A DNA stretch of 64,000 nucleotides from Desulfomonilia bacterium. Its GTDB lineage: Bacteria; Desulfobacterota; Desulfomonilia; UBA1062. The translations under genes were made by a program, and so were the position numbers. The DNA lies in NCBI GenBank assembly GCA_050014195.1, contig JBEKDT010000002.1:123775-187774 (forward strand). Reading direction: 5' to 3'. Positions 56,231 through 64,000 of the stretch are shown piece after piece. How positions within the stretch are numbered: the stretch's first letter is position 1; each line of letters opens with the position of its first letter. The notes below the pieces were generated by a model that saw only the letters and a program-made list of their open reading frames with translations, was not told where the DNA came from and did no database searches.

Positions 56231-56276
56231 TTACAAGTGATCAGTGACTTGCAAGTGACTAGTGAATAAGGAACTG

Positions 56277-57278
56277 ATGAATTACAACAGCTTCCCCAGA
56301 ACCGGATCCATCCGGGCCCTTACGGTTCCCCTTCCCGGCTTCCCCGATCTTATCTGTTCCAACATGTTTGTGCTGGGGAATGGGCCTGTAACCCTTATCG
56401 ACACTGCCCCGAAATTTCCGGGTTCGCTTTATACCCTGGAGAAGCAGTTGAATGAAACAGGCCTCACCTGGAAAGACGTGGAGCGTATCATCATCACCCA
56501 CGGCCATATCGACCACTTCGGCCTTGTGGGCCAGGTCCGCAGCGCATCCGGTCATGACATCCCCTGTTACATCCATGAAGACGACCTATGGAGGCTCGCA
56601 GGCGATTATATCAGAAACGGCATGTGGAGTGAGGAAGCCGAAGGTTTCTATGCAAAGGTAGGCATGCCTGCACAGACAGTAGAGCGGATGAAGCGACGCT
56701 CTCTCTTTTTTAAAAACCTCTGCGATCCTGTGGATGATGCAATCCCCATGAAGGATGGTGATATCTTCAGCGGAGACGGTTTCGAGCTTTCGGTCATCCA
56801 CACCCCCGGTCATTCACCGGGATGCTGCTGCCTGCACGAAAGGCACAGCCGCATCCTGTTCAGCGGTGATCACCTCCTCAAACATATCACCCCCAACCCT
56901 TTCCACGAGGTGAGCCGTTCCCGCCTGAAAGACCCCTCTTACAAGAGCCTCCAGGCATATATGGAATCGCTTAAGAGGCTTGAAAATCTCGATGTAAGCT
57001 ATGTCTTCCCTGCACATGGAGAGTATATCAACCACATGGGGACACTCATCGAGGGATATCGGAAGCATCACGAGCAGCGAACTGAAGAAATATGGCACGT
57101 CTTGAATAAGCAAGTAAGTTCAATCTATGGAATCATGCCCGATGTATTTCCGGGCGTCGAGGAATCCGAGGCATTCCTTGCCGTCTCCGAGATCCTTGTC
57201 CACCTGGAAATGCTCATTGATGAAGGCAGGGCTGAGCTTGTTGATGAGGGACAACCTGCACTCTTCCGCGCCATCTGA
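56277..57278 (+). CDS. MBL-fold metallo-hydrolase
   Basis: The track start 56262 is GTG inside the heptamer motif, so ATG 56277 is preferred. THGHIDHFG, HTPGHSPG. Confidence 0.85.
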   Translation: MNYNSFPRTGSIRALTVPLPGFPDLICSNMFVLGNGPVTLIDTAPKFPGSLYTLEKQLNETGLTWKDVERIIITHGHIDHFGLVGQVRSASGHDIPCYIHEDDLWRLAGDYIRNGMWSEEAEGFYAKVGMPAQTVERMKRRSLFFKNLCDPVDDAIPMKDGDIFSGDGFELSVIHTPGHSPGCCCLHERHSRILFSGDHLLKHITPNPFHEVSRSRLKDPSYKSLQAYMESLKRLENLDVSYVFPAHGEYINHMGTLIEGYRKHHEQRTEEIWHVLNKQVSSIYGIMPDVFPGVEESEAFLAVSEILVHLEMLIDEGRAELVDEGQPALFRAI

Positions 57279-57385
57279 ACCTTTCAAAAAGATTTCAATT
57301 ATAGTAAAGATCCATTCCAAGCCTTGATGTAACTGGGAAAATGATCAATATATGTTTCTAAAGGAGGGCGCTGGAAGTATTTGCT

Positions 57386-57997
57386 ATGCTTACAATTCCC
57401 GAACAAACTCATAATATCATAGAAGGCTGGATTCAACCCCGCAGCCGGGTGTTGGACCTGGGCTGTGGAGACGGCACGCTGCTGAACGACCTCATTGAGA
57501 AGAAGCAGGTGGACGGCATCGGCGTAGAGATTTCACAGGATATGATCGTGAAGTGCCTGGGTAAAGGCATCAGCGTCTACCAGGCGGACATCGACCGAGG
57601 GCTTTCCCAATGGGACGAACTCAGCTTTGACTACGTTGTCCTGAACGCCACCCTGCAGGTGATCCACCGGCCCGTGAGCGTGATCAACGAAATGCTCAGG
57701 GTGGGCAGGTGCGCCGTTATCTCGGTGTCCAACTTCGGCTATTGGGAGAACAGGGTAAGGATTCTCCTTAAGGGCTGCATCACCAACGAGATGAGGCTCA
57801 CCGGCAGTTGGCATGATACACCGGTGATTCGGTTCGTCTGTCTTTCCGAGTTCAGAAGTTTCCTTTATGACATGGGTGTTGAAGTGCTTGATGCCAGGTT
57901 CTTCCTGCCCTTTGACATCGCGGTAATGAAAACCAGGACACCCCTGGATAACCTCCTTGTAAAAGAGGCTATCTTCATGCTGGGACGTGGTAAATAA
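57386..57997 (+). CDS. metW: methionine biosynthesis protein MetW (SAM-methyltransferase fold)
   Basis: 203 aa. VLDLGCGDGTLL and the overall MetW pattern (QADIDRGL...FDYVVLNATLQVIHRP). Adjacent to metX. Confidence 0.85.
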   Translation: MLTIPEQTHNIIEGWIQPRSRVLDLGCGDGTLLNDLIEKKQVDGIGVEISQDMIVKCLGKGISVYQADIDRGLSQWDELSFDYVVLNATLQVIHRPVSVINEMLRVGRCAVISVSNFGYWENRVRILLKGCITNEMRLTGSWHDTPVIRFVCLSEFRSFLYDMGVEVLDARFFLPFDIAVMKTRTPLDNLLVKEAIFMLGRGK

Positions 57998-57999
57998 GC

Positions 58000-59133
58000 G
58001 TGGAGAACATTGTAGAGACCAGCATTCTGCACATCGACAGGCCCTTCAGGTTGGAGTCCGGCGAAATGCTTCCAGGCCTGGATATCGCATACGAGGCCTA
58101 TGGAAAGCTTAATGAGGCAAGAGATAATGCCATCCTCATCGAGCATGCCCTTTCAGGAAACTCCCATGCTGCATTCTATCACAAGGGAGAGACAAAACCG
58201 GGGTGGTGGGATGTCATGATCGGTCCGGGCAAGGCCTTTGATACGGACAAATACTTCGTGATCTGCTCCAATGTCATCAGCGGCTGCAATGGCACCACCG
58301 GCCCTTCCTCAGTCAACCCGGCTACGGGCATGCCCTATGCGCTGACATTCCCGCCGGTCACCATGCGTGATATGGTGGAGGTGCAGCGGCTTCTTCTCGG
58401 ACATCTCGGCATTGAACGTCTCAAGAGTATCGTGGGAGGCTCCATGGGCGGAATGCAGACCATGCAGTTCTTTTGCGACTACCCCTCTATCTTTGACTCA
58501 TTTATCTGCATAGCATCAACCATGCGGCATTCCGCACAACAGATCGCCTTTAATGAAGTGGGCAGAAGGGCTATCATGGCGGACCCGAGGTGGAACGGGG
58601 GGAACTATTATAATGAGGTCCCGCCGGAGGGCGGGCTTTCAGTGGCACGGATGATCGGCCACATTACCTATATTTCGGAGAAGATGATGCAGGAAAAGTT
58701 CGGCAGACTCCGTAAGGGTAAAGATTCTAAAGCTGTTTTCAGACCTTCTTTCGAGGTGGAGCACTACCTGGACTATCAGGGCATTTCCTTTGTCCGTAGG
58801 TTCGATGCAAACAGCTACCTTTACATTACCTCAGCCATCGACAACTTTGATCTTGTCTCCTCCATCAGCGGCACCACACGGTTCAGGGGGGATAATCGTG
58901 CCCGGGGAAAGGGTCTGGACACATTGAGGAAAAAGAAAGGCCTCGTTATCTCATTTACCTCGGACTGGCTCTATCCATCTCAGCAGGCTCAAGACATTGT
59001 TCGATTCTTCTCCGGGTTGAACGTGCGGGTTTCATATACCGAGATTGAAACCGACCACGGCCATGACGCTTTTCTTACAGACTACGTGCAAGTTTCCGTA
59101 ATGGTTAAAAGTTTTCTAGACTCACTGAGCTAA
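58000..59133 (+). CDS. metX: homoserine O-acetyltransferase
   Basis: 377 aa with a GTG start 2 nt after the metW stop. NAILIEHALSGNSH, nucleophile elbow GGSMGGMQ and a C-terminal DHGHDAFL. Confidence 0.9.
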   Translation: MENIVETSILHIDRPFRLESGEMLPGLDIAYEAYGKLNEARDNAILIEHALSGNSHAAFYHKGETKPGWWDVMIGPGKAFDTDKYFVICSNVISGCNGTTGPSSVNPATGMPYALTFPPVTMRDMVEVQRLLLGHLGIERLKSIVGGSMGGMQTMQFFCDYPSIFDSFICIASTMRHSAQQIAFNEVGRRAIMADPRWNGGNYYNEVPPEGGLSVARMIGHITYISEKMMQEKFGRLRKGKDSKAVFRPSFEVEHYLDYQGISFVRRFDANSYLYITSAIDNFDLVSSISGTTRFRGDNRARGKGLDTLRKKKGLVISFTSDWLYPSQQAQDIVRFFSGLNVRVSYTEIETDHGHDAFLTDYVQVSVMVKSFLDSLS

Positions 59134-59279
59134 TCCCATAAGATCTTTAATATCATCTCAAGTTACCCCCCTAAAAATAACGATAATTCCGTTAAGAGAC
59201 CATTTCGGGGGATCACTGTACACTCGATGAAGGATAGAGCGATGTTGCCGACCAAAGAAAAAATGAGAGAACTATAGGG

Positions 59280-62200
59280 ATGATCTATTCCTTCCTCACA
59301 CATCAAATAGACTACCTTGCCTTCATAACTGCCTTTTCACTGATGACCACCGGGATTGTGTTTCTCTTCCTTTCCATTGAGCACAAAGGCAGGCTGCCTT
59401 GGATATGGCCGGCTATGTTCGGACTGCTCCAGAGCATATACTGTCTCCTGACCATGCTTTCACTGAGCCTTCCCGACACGATTGTGTTACAGGCGGCTCA
59501 ACCGGTAATTTATATACTCTCTTTCCTTGCCCTGGCCGAGTTCTCCCGCCGCTCCATGAGAATCCAGGCAGGCCATAATCCTGGAATATTGATATATATA
59601 GCACTACTCATTCCGGTCATGGTATCCGGAATATTCTCTTTGAGCTGTTTTGAGGCAGCCTGTTACCTCGCTTTTGCACTGCCCTCAGGCTTCCTGGCGG
59701 CCCTCATTCTCTGGAAGGAAAGGAGTACAGGGCTGGAAACCCCGGCCGGGAAACGGCTTGGTCTGGCGAGCATATGCCTGCTCACCTATACCCTTATTAT
59801 AATCATCATCGGGTCGGATACAGGCTTCTCCTTTGTCACTTTATTCATACCGGATGCCTATAATGGCATCTTAACATTTATTCTCCACCTTGGTCTTGCC
59901 ATATCCTCGTTTGTCATGTTCATAGCATTCACCCTATTCTTCTCATCGCTGAGCGAGAATTCTGAACAAACAGAAAAACATCTGCCGGTCACGAAATGGT
60001 TTGTATGGGCAATTGGATTTGTTTTGGTTGCAGGTTGGTTATTCACTGAGTGGACAGGCACACTTGAAGATAATACCCAGCGCAAAATTATCCTTACCCA
60101 GGCACGCATAGCTTCAAAGGCCATTGACATACCCGCTCTGTTAACGCTTACCGGCAGTTCCGAGGACCTCGCCATACCTGGATACATACATATAAAATCA
60201 CATCTCATGGGTATTCACAGCGCCAATCCTTTGTATCGTTTTGTCTATCTCATGGGGAGGAAAGGCAAGAAAGTCTTTTTCTACGCAGACTCAGAGCTTC
60301 CTGATTCGAAAGACTATTCCCCTCCGGGCCAGCCCTATGAAGAATCCAAGGATGAATTCTTGCAGACATTCGATCCGGGTAATGAGATCACGGAAGGTCC
60401 CTTGAGTGATGAATGGGGAACCTGGATAAGCACCTCCATACCGGTCAAAGATCCACAATCGGGCAAAGTCCTCGCCGTTCTTGGGATTGATGTCAACGCA
60501 TCGACCTGGATGAGAAAAATCTATGCAGCCAGGAGGCAGCCCATCCTTGCGACAATGATCATAACACTGCTTGTGTTGGCCTTTGCCATAGATCGCAGGA
60601 GATCAAGGCTCTACCATCTCAAGGTCGTTCAGTCCGAGCAAAGGTTGCGCTATGCCATGGACGCAATGAGCGAAGGTGTATGGGACTGGGACATAAGGAC
60701 AGGCAAGATCGATTACAACAAGCATTGGGTGGCAACGCTGGGTTATTCCTTTGAAGAGATCCCCTTGCTCGGTGATATCCGGAAAAGCATCATCCATCCC
60801 GATGACCTTCCCGTTGTAACGGAGTCCCTTGAAGCATACCTTCTGGGGAGAACACCCATTTACGAATGTGAGGCCCGCCTGAAAACAGCGACGGGTGAAT
60901 ACCGGTACATCCTGGACCGGGGCAAGGTAGTGGAAAAGGATGCTGAAGGGGCGCCTATCCGGATGGTCGGGACCTTTACGGACATCACGTTGCGCAAAAA
61001 GATTGAACAGGACCGCAGGAGGAGCGAGGAGCAGTATCGGCAGCTGGTGGAAAACGCCAGTGATGTAATTGTTGAGACCGATGCTTCGGGATATATCCAA
61101 TTCATCAATCCTGCCTGCGAGAGACTCATAGGTTACACAACCGATGAATGTGTGGGAAAACACTACCTGGATTTTATCCGGTCCGATTTCCATAAAGAAT
61201 TTGCCAGGGCAACAGGCCGTCAGTTCGTGAAAAAAACCCCAAGTATTTATTTCGAGGCTGCCCTTATAAGAAAAGACGGGGGCGAGGTCTGGATCGGGCA
61301 GAATATAAAGCTTCTCCGCGATGGCGATACCCCCTTGGGGTTCCATGCAGTAGCCCGCGATATCACGGAAATAAGACGGGCAGAGGATGCCTTAAGAAAA
61401 AGCGAGGAACAGTATCGCCAGCTCGTGGAAAATGCCAGCGACATAATCTATGAGACCGATGCCTCGGGGTACTTCCGGTACCTCAATCCTGCGGCTGAGA
61501 AGAACTGCGGATACTCCATCAACGAGTTCATCGGCAAACACTATATGGATTTTATCCCGAAGCGATATCACAATGAACTTGCAAGGCTGGTGGGCCGGCA
61601 GTTTGTAAAAAAGATCCCGACCATATCCCATGAAATCCCCATGATCACCAAGGACGGCCGCGAGGTCTGGCTCTGGCAGAGTGTGAGTCTTATCTTTGAT
61701 AATGATACAGATACCGTCACAGGTTTCCGTGTTGTTGCCCGTGACATCACCGAGAAGAAACAGGCCGAGGATGCCCTCAAGGAGAGTGAAGAACGCCTCC
61801 ATGCGGTGTTCGACCACGTCCAGGCCGGAATCATCCTGATAGATCCAGCAACACATACCATAATAAGCACGAACAAGATGGCAGCGGATCTGTGCGGCAC
61901 AACCCCTGAACAGATGACAGGACGTATATGCCATGATCAAATCTGCCCTGCCGTTAAAGGAGAATGCCCCATTACCGACCTCGAGCAGACTGTTGATAAT
62001 GATGAACGTACATTGCTGACCCTTGATGGAAGGAGGATCCCCATCCTCAAGACCGTGATAAATGTCTCCATCGGAGGGAAGGCATATCTGCTGGAGAGCT
62101 TCATCGATATCACGGCCAGGAAACGGGCAGAAGAGGCCTTGCTCCAATCCAAGGAGGAACTGGAAAAAACCAACAAGCTTCTGGAACAGGCCAATCTTCT

Positions 62201-64000
62201 CGGTATCGAGATGACTATCAAGGCCGAGACGGCAAACAAAGCCAAAAGCGAGTTTCTGGCCAACATGAGCCATGAGATCCGCACCCCGATGAACGGCATC
62301 CTCGGTATGAGTGAACTCCTGCTGGGAACCGACCTTAATGCCAAGCAGGTCCAGTATGCCGATATCATCAGGAAAAGCGGTGATGCACTCATTAACCTCA
62401 TCAACGATATCCTGGACTTCTCAAAAATTGAGGCTGACAAGCTCGACCTTGAAGTCATTGACTTTGACCTGCGTGTGACAATTGAGGACCTGGCCGATTT
62501 GCTGTCAGTCCGCGCTGCTGAGAAAGACATAGAGCTCTCCTGTCTCATCGAGCCCGAAGTGCCGACCCGCCTGCGCGGTGACCCCGGCAGGCTTCGCCAG
62601 ATCATCATGAACCTCTCGGGGAATGCATTGAAGTTTACCGACCAGGGTGAAGTGGCAATAATGGTTGGCCTGATCGAAGAAAGAGATGAATCCGTATCAC
62701 TCAAATTTTCCATTTCCGATACCGGTATCGGCATCCCTTCCGACAAGATCCCCATTCTATTCAGCGCCTTTACCCAGGTGGATACGTCGACCACGCGCAA
62801 GTACGGCGGGACAGGCCTCGGTCTTGCCATTTCCAAACGGCTCGTTGAGATGATGGGCGGCACAATTTCAGTTGAGAGCACTGCGGGGCTGGGCGCTACC
62901 TTCACCTTCACGGCAATGTTCATGAAGCAGCCGTGGGTAGCCCCGGCGTGGCCGAAAATGCTTGAGGGGATATCAGGCCAGCATGTACTCATTGTTGACG
63001 ACAATGCCACCAACAGGGCTGTCCTGTCACTCCTCTGCGACACCTGGGGTGTGCGTTATGAAGAGGCATCGGGTGGAGAGGAAGCCCTTATACTGCTCAA
63101 AGGGGCCCATCAAAAGGGCGATCCATTCCGTGTGGCTATCTTAGATGCCATCCTGAAGGGCATGAGCGGGGAAGAACTCGGCCGCAACATAAGGAAAGAC
63201 CCGCTCATCAAGGACACGTCTCTCGTAATGCTCTCTTCTCTTGCCCAAAGAGGCGAGGCATCAAGATTGAAAGAAGCCGGATTCGATGCCTATCTCACCA
63301 AGCCGGTTAAACAATCACAACTATTTGACTGCCTAACAACGGTCCTGGGCATACAGAATGAAAGCGTGCAACAAGGCAGCCCCTGGCCGCTCGTAACACG
63401 CCATAGTATAAGCGAGGAAAAACGCCGGAGGGTGCGCATACTCCTGGTGGAGGATAACCATACGAACCAGCTGGTGGCCATGGGCATCCTGGAGAACCTG
63501 GGATATCAAACGTCTGTCGCTCACAATGGGATTGAGGCCATAAAGGCCCTGGAAACCTCGCACTATGACCTTGTTTTCATGGACTGCCAGATGCCCGGCA
63601 TGGATGGCTTCGAGACGACCTCCATCATCCGCGATTCTCATTCCGGTGTTATGAACCACTCTGTCCCCATTATTGCCATGACTGCGCATGCCATGAAAGG
63701 CGATCGCGAAAAGTGCCTGGCAGCCGGTATGGATGATTACCTCTCAAAACCCATCCGTTCCTCAGACATCGCCGATATGCTCAAGAAATGGCTGGGCAGT
63801 CTTGACGCAAAATCATCAGACAGGGAGCAGAAAAATCTTGTTCTTCCTGTTCCAGGCAGGCCTTCGCCTGTGATAGAACTTGAGTCTGCCCTCAATGCAG
63901 AGCCTGTCTTTGATACTGCAGATCTCCTAGACAGGTTTGATGGTGATGAAGAACTGGTGCGAACAGTACTCAGCGCCTTCTTCCAAGACATTCCGAACAC
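59280..64000 (+). CDS. multi-domain hybrid sensor histidine kinase, 3'-truncated by the window edge
   Basis: This ORF is not in the track because it has no stop. The frame is open from stop TAG 59235 to nt 64000, and the first ATG is 59280. Hand translation gives these domains in order. First comes a polytopic membrane N-terminus, an extracytoplasmic domain (YLMGRKGKKVFFYADSE...WGTWISTSIPV) and a TM helix. Next are four PAS modules. Then come HisKA (ANMSHEIRTPMNG) and HATPase (DTGIGI, GGTGLGLAI). Last are two receiver domains (LIVDDNATN; LLVEDNHTN...DCQMPGMDG) and the start of an Hpt domain. Confidence 0.9.
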   Translation, partial: MIYSFLTHQIDYLAFITAFSLMTTGIVFLFLSIEHKGRLPWIWPAMFGLLQSIYCLLTMLSLSLPDTIVLQAAQPVIYILSFLALAEFSRRSMRIQAGHNPGILIYIALLIPVMVSGIFSLSCFEAACYLAFALPSGFLAALILWKERSTGLETPAGKRLGLASICLLTYTLIIIIIGSDTGFSFVTLFIPDAYNGILTFILHLGLAISSFVMFIAFTLFFSSLSENSEQTEKHLPVTKWFVWAIGFVLVAGWLFTEWTGTLEDNTQRKIILTQARIASKAIDIPALLTLTGSSEDLAIPGYIHIKSHLMGIHSANPLYRFVYLMGRKGKKVFFYADSELPDSKDYSPPGQPYEESKDEFLQTFDPGNEITEGPLSDEWGTWISTSIPVKDPQSGKVLAVLGIDVNASTWMRKIYAARRQPILATMIITLLVLAFAIDRRRSRLYHLKVVQSEQRLRYAMDAMSEGVWDWDIRTGKIDYNKHWVATLGYSFEEIPLLGDIRKSIIHPDDLPVVTESLEAYLLGRTPIYECEARLKTATGEYRYILDRGKVVEKDAEGAPIRMVGTFTDITLRKKIEQDRRRSEEQYRQLVENASDVIVETDASGYIQFINPACERLIGYTTDECVGKHYLDFIRSDFHKEFARATGRQFVKKTPSIYFEAALIRKDGGEVWIGQNIKLLRDGDTPLGFHAVARDITEIRRAEDALRKSEEQYRQLVENASDIIYETDASGYFRYLNPAAEKNCGYSINEFIGKHYMDFIPKRYHNELARLVGRQFVKKIPTISHEIPMITKDGREVWLWQSVSLIFDNDTDTVTGFRVVARDITEKKQAEDALKESEERLHAVFDHVQAGIILIDPATHTIISTNKMAADLCGTTPEQMTGRICHDQICPAVKGECPITDLEQTVDNDERTLLTLDGRRIPILKTVINVSIGGKAYLLESFIDITARKRAEEALLQSKEELEKTNKLLEQANLLGIEMTIKAETANKAKSEFLANMSHEIRTPMNGILGMSELLLGTDLNAKQVQYADIIRKSGDALINLINDILDFSKIEADKLDLEVIDFDLRVTIEDLADLLSVRAAEKDIELSCLIEPEVPTRLRGDPGRLRQIIMNLSGNALKFTDQGEVAIMVGLIEERDESVSLKFSISDTGIGIPSDKIPILFSAFTQVDTSTTRKYGGTGLGLAISKRLVEMMGGTISVESTAGLGATFTFTAMFMKQPWVAPAWPKMLEGISGQHVLIVDDNATNRAVLSLLCDTWGVRYEEASGGEEALILLKGAHQKGDPFRVAILDAILKGMSGEELGRNIRKDPLIKDTSLVMLSSLAQRGEASRLKEAGFDAYLTKPVKQSQLFDCLTTVLGIQNESVQQGSPWPLVTRHSISEEKRRRVRILLVEDNHTNQLVAMGILENLGYQTSVAHNGIEAIKALETSHYDLVFMDCQMPGMDGFETTSIIRDSHSGVMNHSVPIIAMTAHAMKGDREKCLAAGMDDYLSKPIRSSDIADMLKKWLGSLDAKSSDREQKNLVLPVPGRPSPVIELESALNAEPVFDTADLLDRFDGDEELVRTVLSAFFQDIPN
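61023..61778 (+). repeat. tandem duplication of a 378 nt (126 aa) PAS module inside the hybrid kinase gene
   Basis: SEEQYRQLVENASDVIVETDASGY...ARDITEIRRAEDALRK is followed directly by SEEQYRQLVENASDIIYETDASGY...ARDITEKKQAEDALKE. The DNA restarts at 61401 with AGCGAGGAACAGTATCGCCAGCTCGTGGAAAATGCC. Confidence 0.85.

Noticed and set aside
57279-57385. SAM riboswitch in the metW-metX leader
   Set aside because: The leader is only 107 nt and shows no SAM-I, SAM-II or SAM-I/IV conserved elements that I can recognise.
60603-63043. Three long minus-strand ORFs (60603-61346, 61392-62273, 61937-63043)
   Set aside because: All are antisense shadows of the open-ended plus-strand hybrid histidine kinase, whose translation shows PAS, HisKA, HATPase and REC motifs.

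Overview
This 64 kb window is gene-dense (about 60 protein genes), with about 50-55% G+C on sampled lines. There are no rRNA or tRNA genes, no CRISPR array and no intact mobile element. Gene content suggests an anaerobic Desulfobacterota/deltaproteobacterium-like genome, but that is inference only.

Gene content, left to right:
- thiolase (partial) and hbd
- a DUF3047 / fused DUF2064-GT2 glycosyltransferase / DUF1499 trio
- tkt-tal-pgi
- a disulfide oxidoreductase and a membrane metallophosphoesterase
- bacterioferritin and a PaaI thioesterase
- an LpxL-type acyltransferase
- a secreted 700 aa FecR-domain protein with a 156 bp tandem-repeat tail
- a low-GC stretch holding a GT4 glycosyltransferase and two orphan minor pseudopilins
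- DUF523-purN-purM
- a sensor kinase and sigma-54 activator pair
- assorted signalling and hydrolase genes (MBL, PAS kinase, patatin, cNMP-binding, HDAC, PilZ, CBS)
- two alpha-only ADP-forming acyl-CoA synthetase paralogs flanking PadR and ltaE
- a 12 kb minus-strand Atu/Liu-like acyl-CoA carboxylase cluster (3+1 ACADs, carboxyltransferase, split biotin carboxylase + BCCP, enoyl-CoA hydratase, AtuA) with a divergent TetR
- a MATE pump, NifU-like protein, MBL hydrolase and metW-metX
- a very large hybrid histidine kinase that runs off the right edge and is missing from the ORF track

Most interesting non-coding signals:
1. A perfect sigma-54 promoter followed about 110 nt later by an intrinsic terminator, with clustered TGTATA/TATACA palindromes upstream. 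It sits between purM and the divergent kinase/sigma-54-activator operon and is a candidate activator-dependent small RNA.
2. A recurring tandem-heptamer RGTGAAT-AGTGAYN motif placed in sense orientation right at or after five stop codons.
3. Composite GGGAGAGGG/GGGTGAGGG palindromic elements bracketing the carboxylase genes.

All protein calls rest on motifs I recognise by eye. No database search was run.
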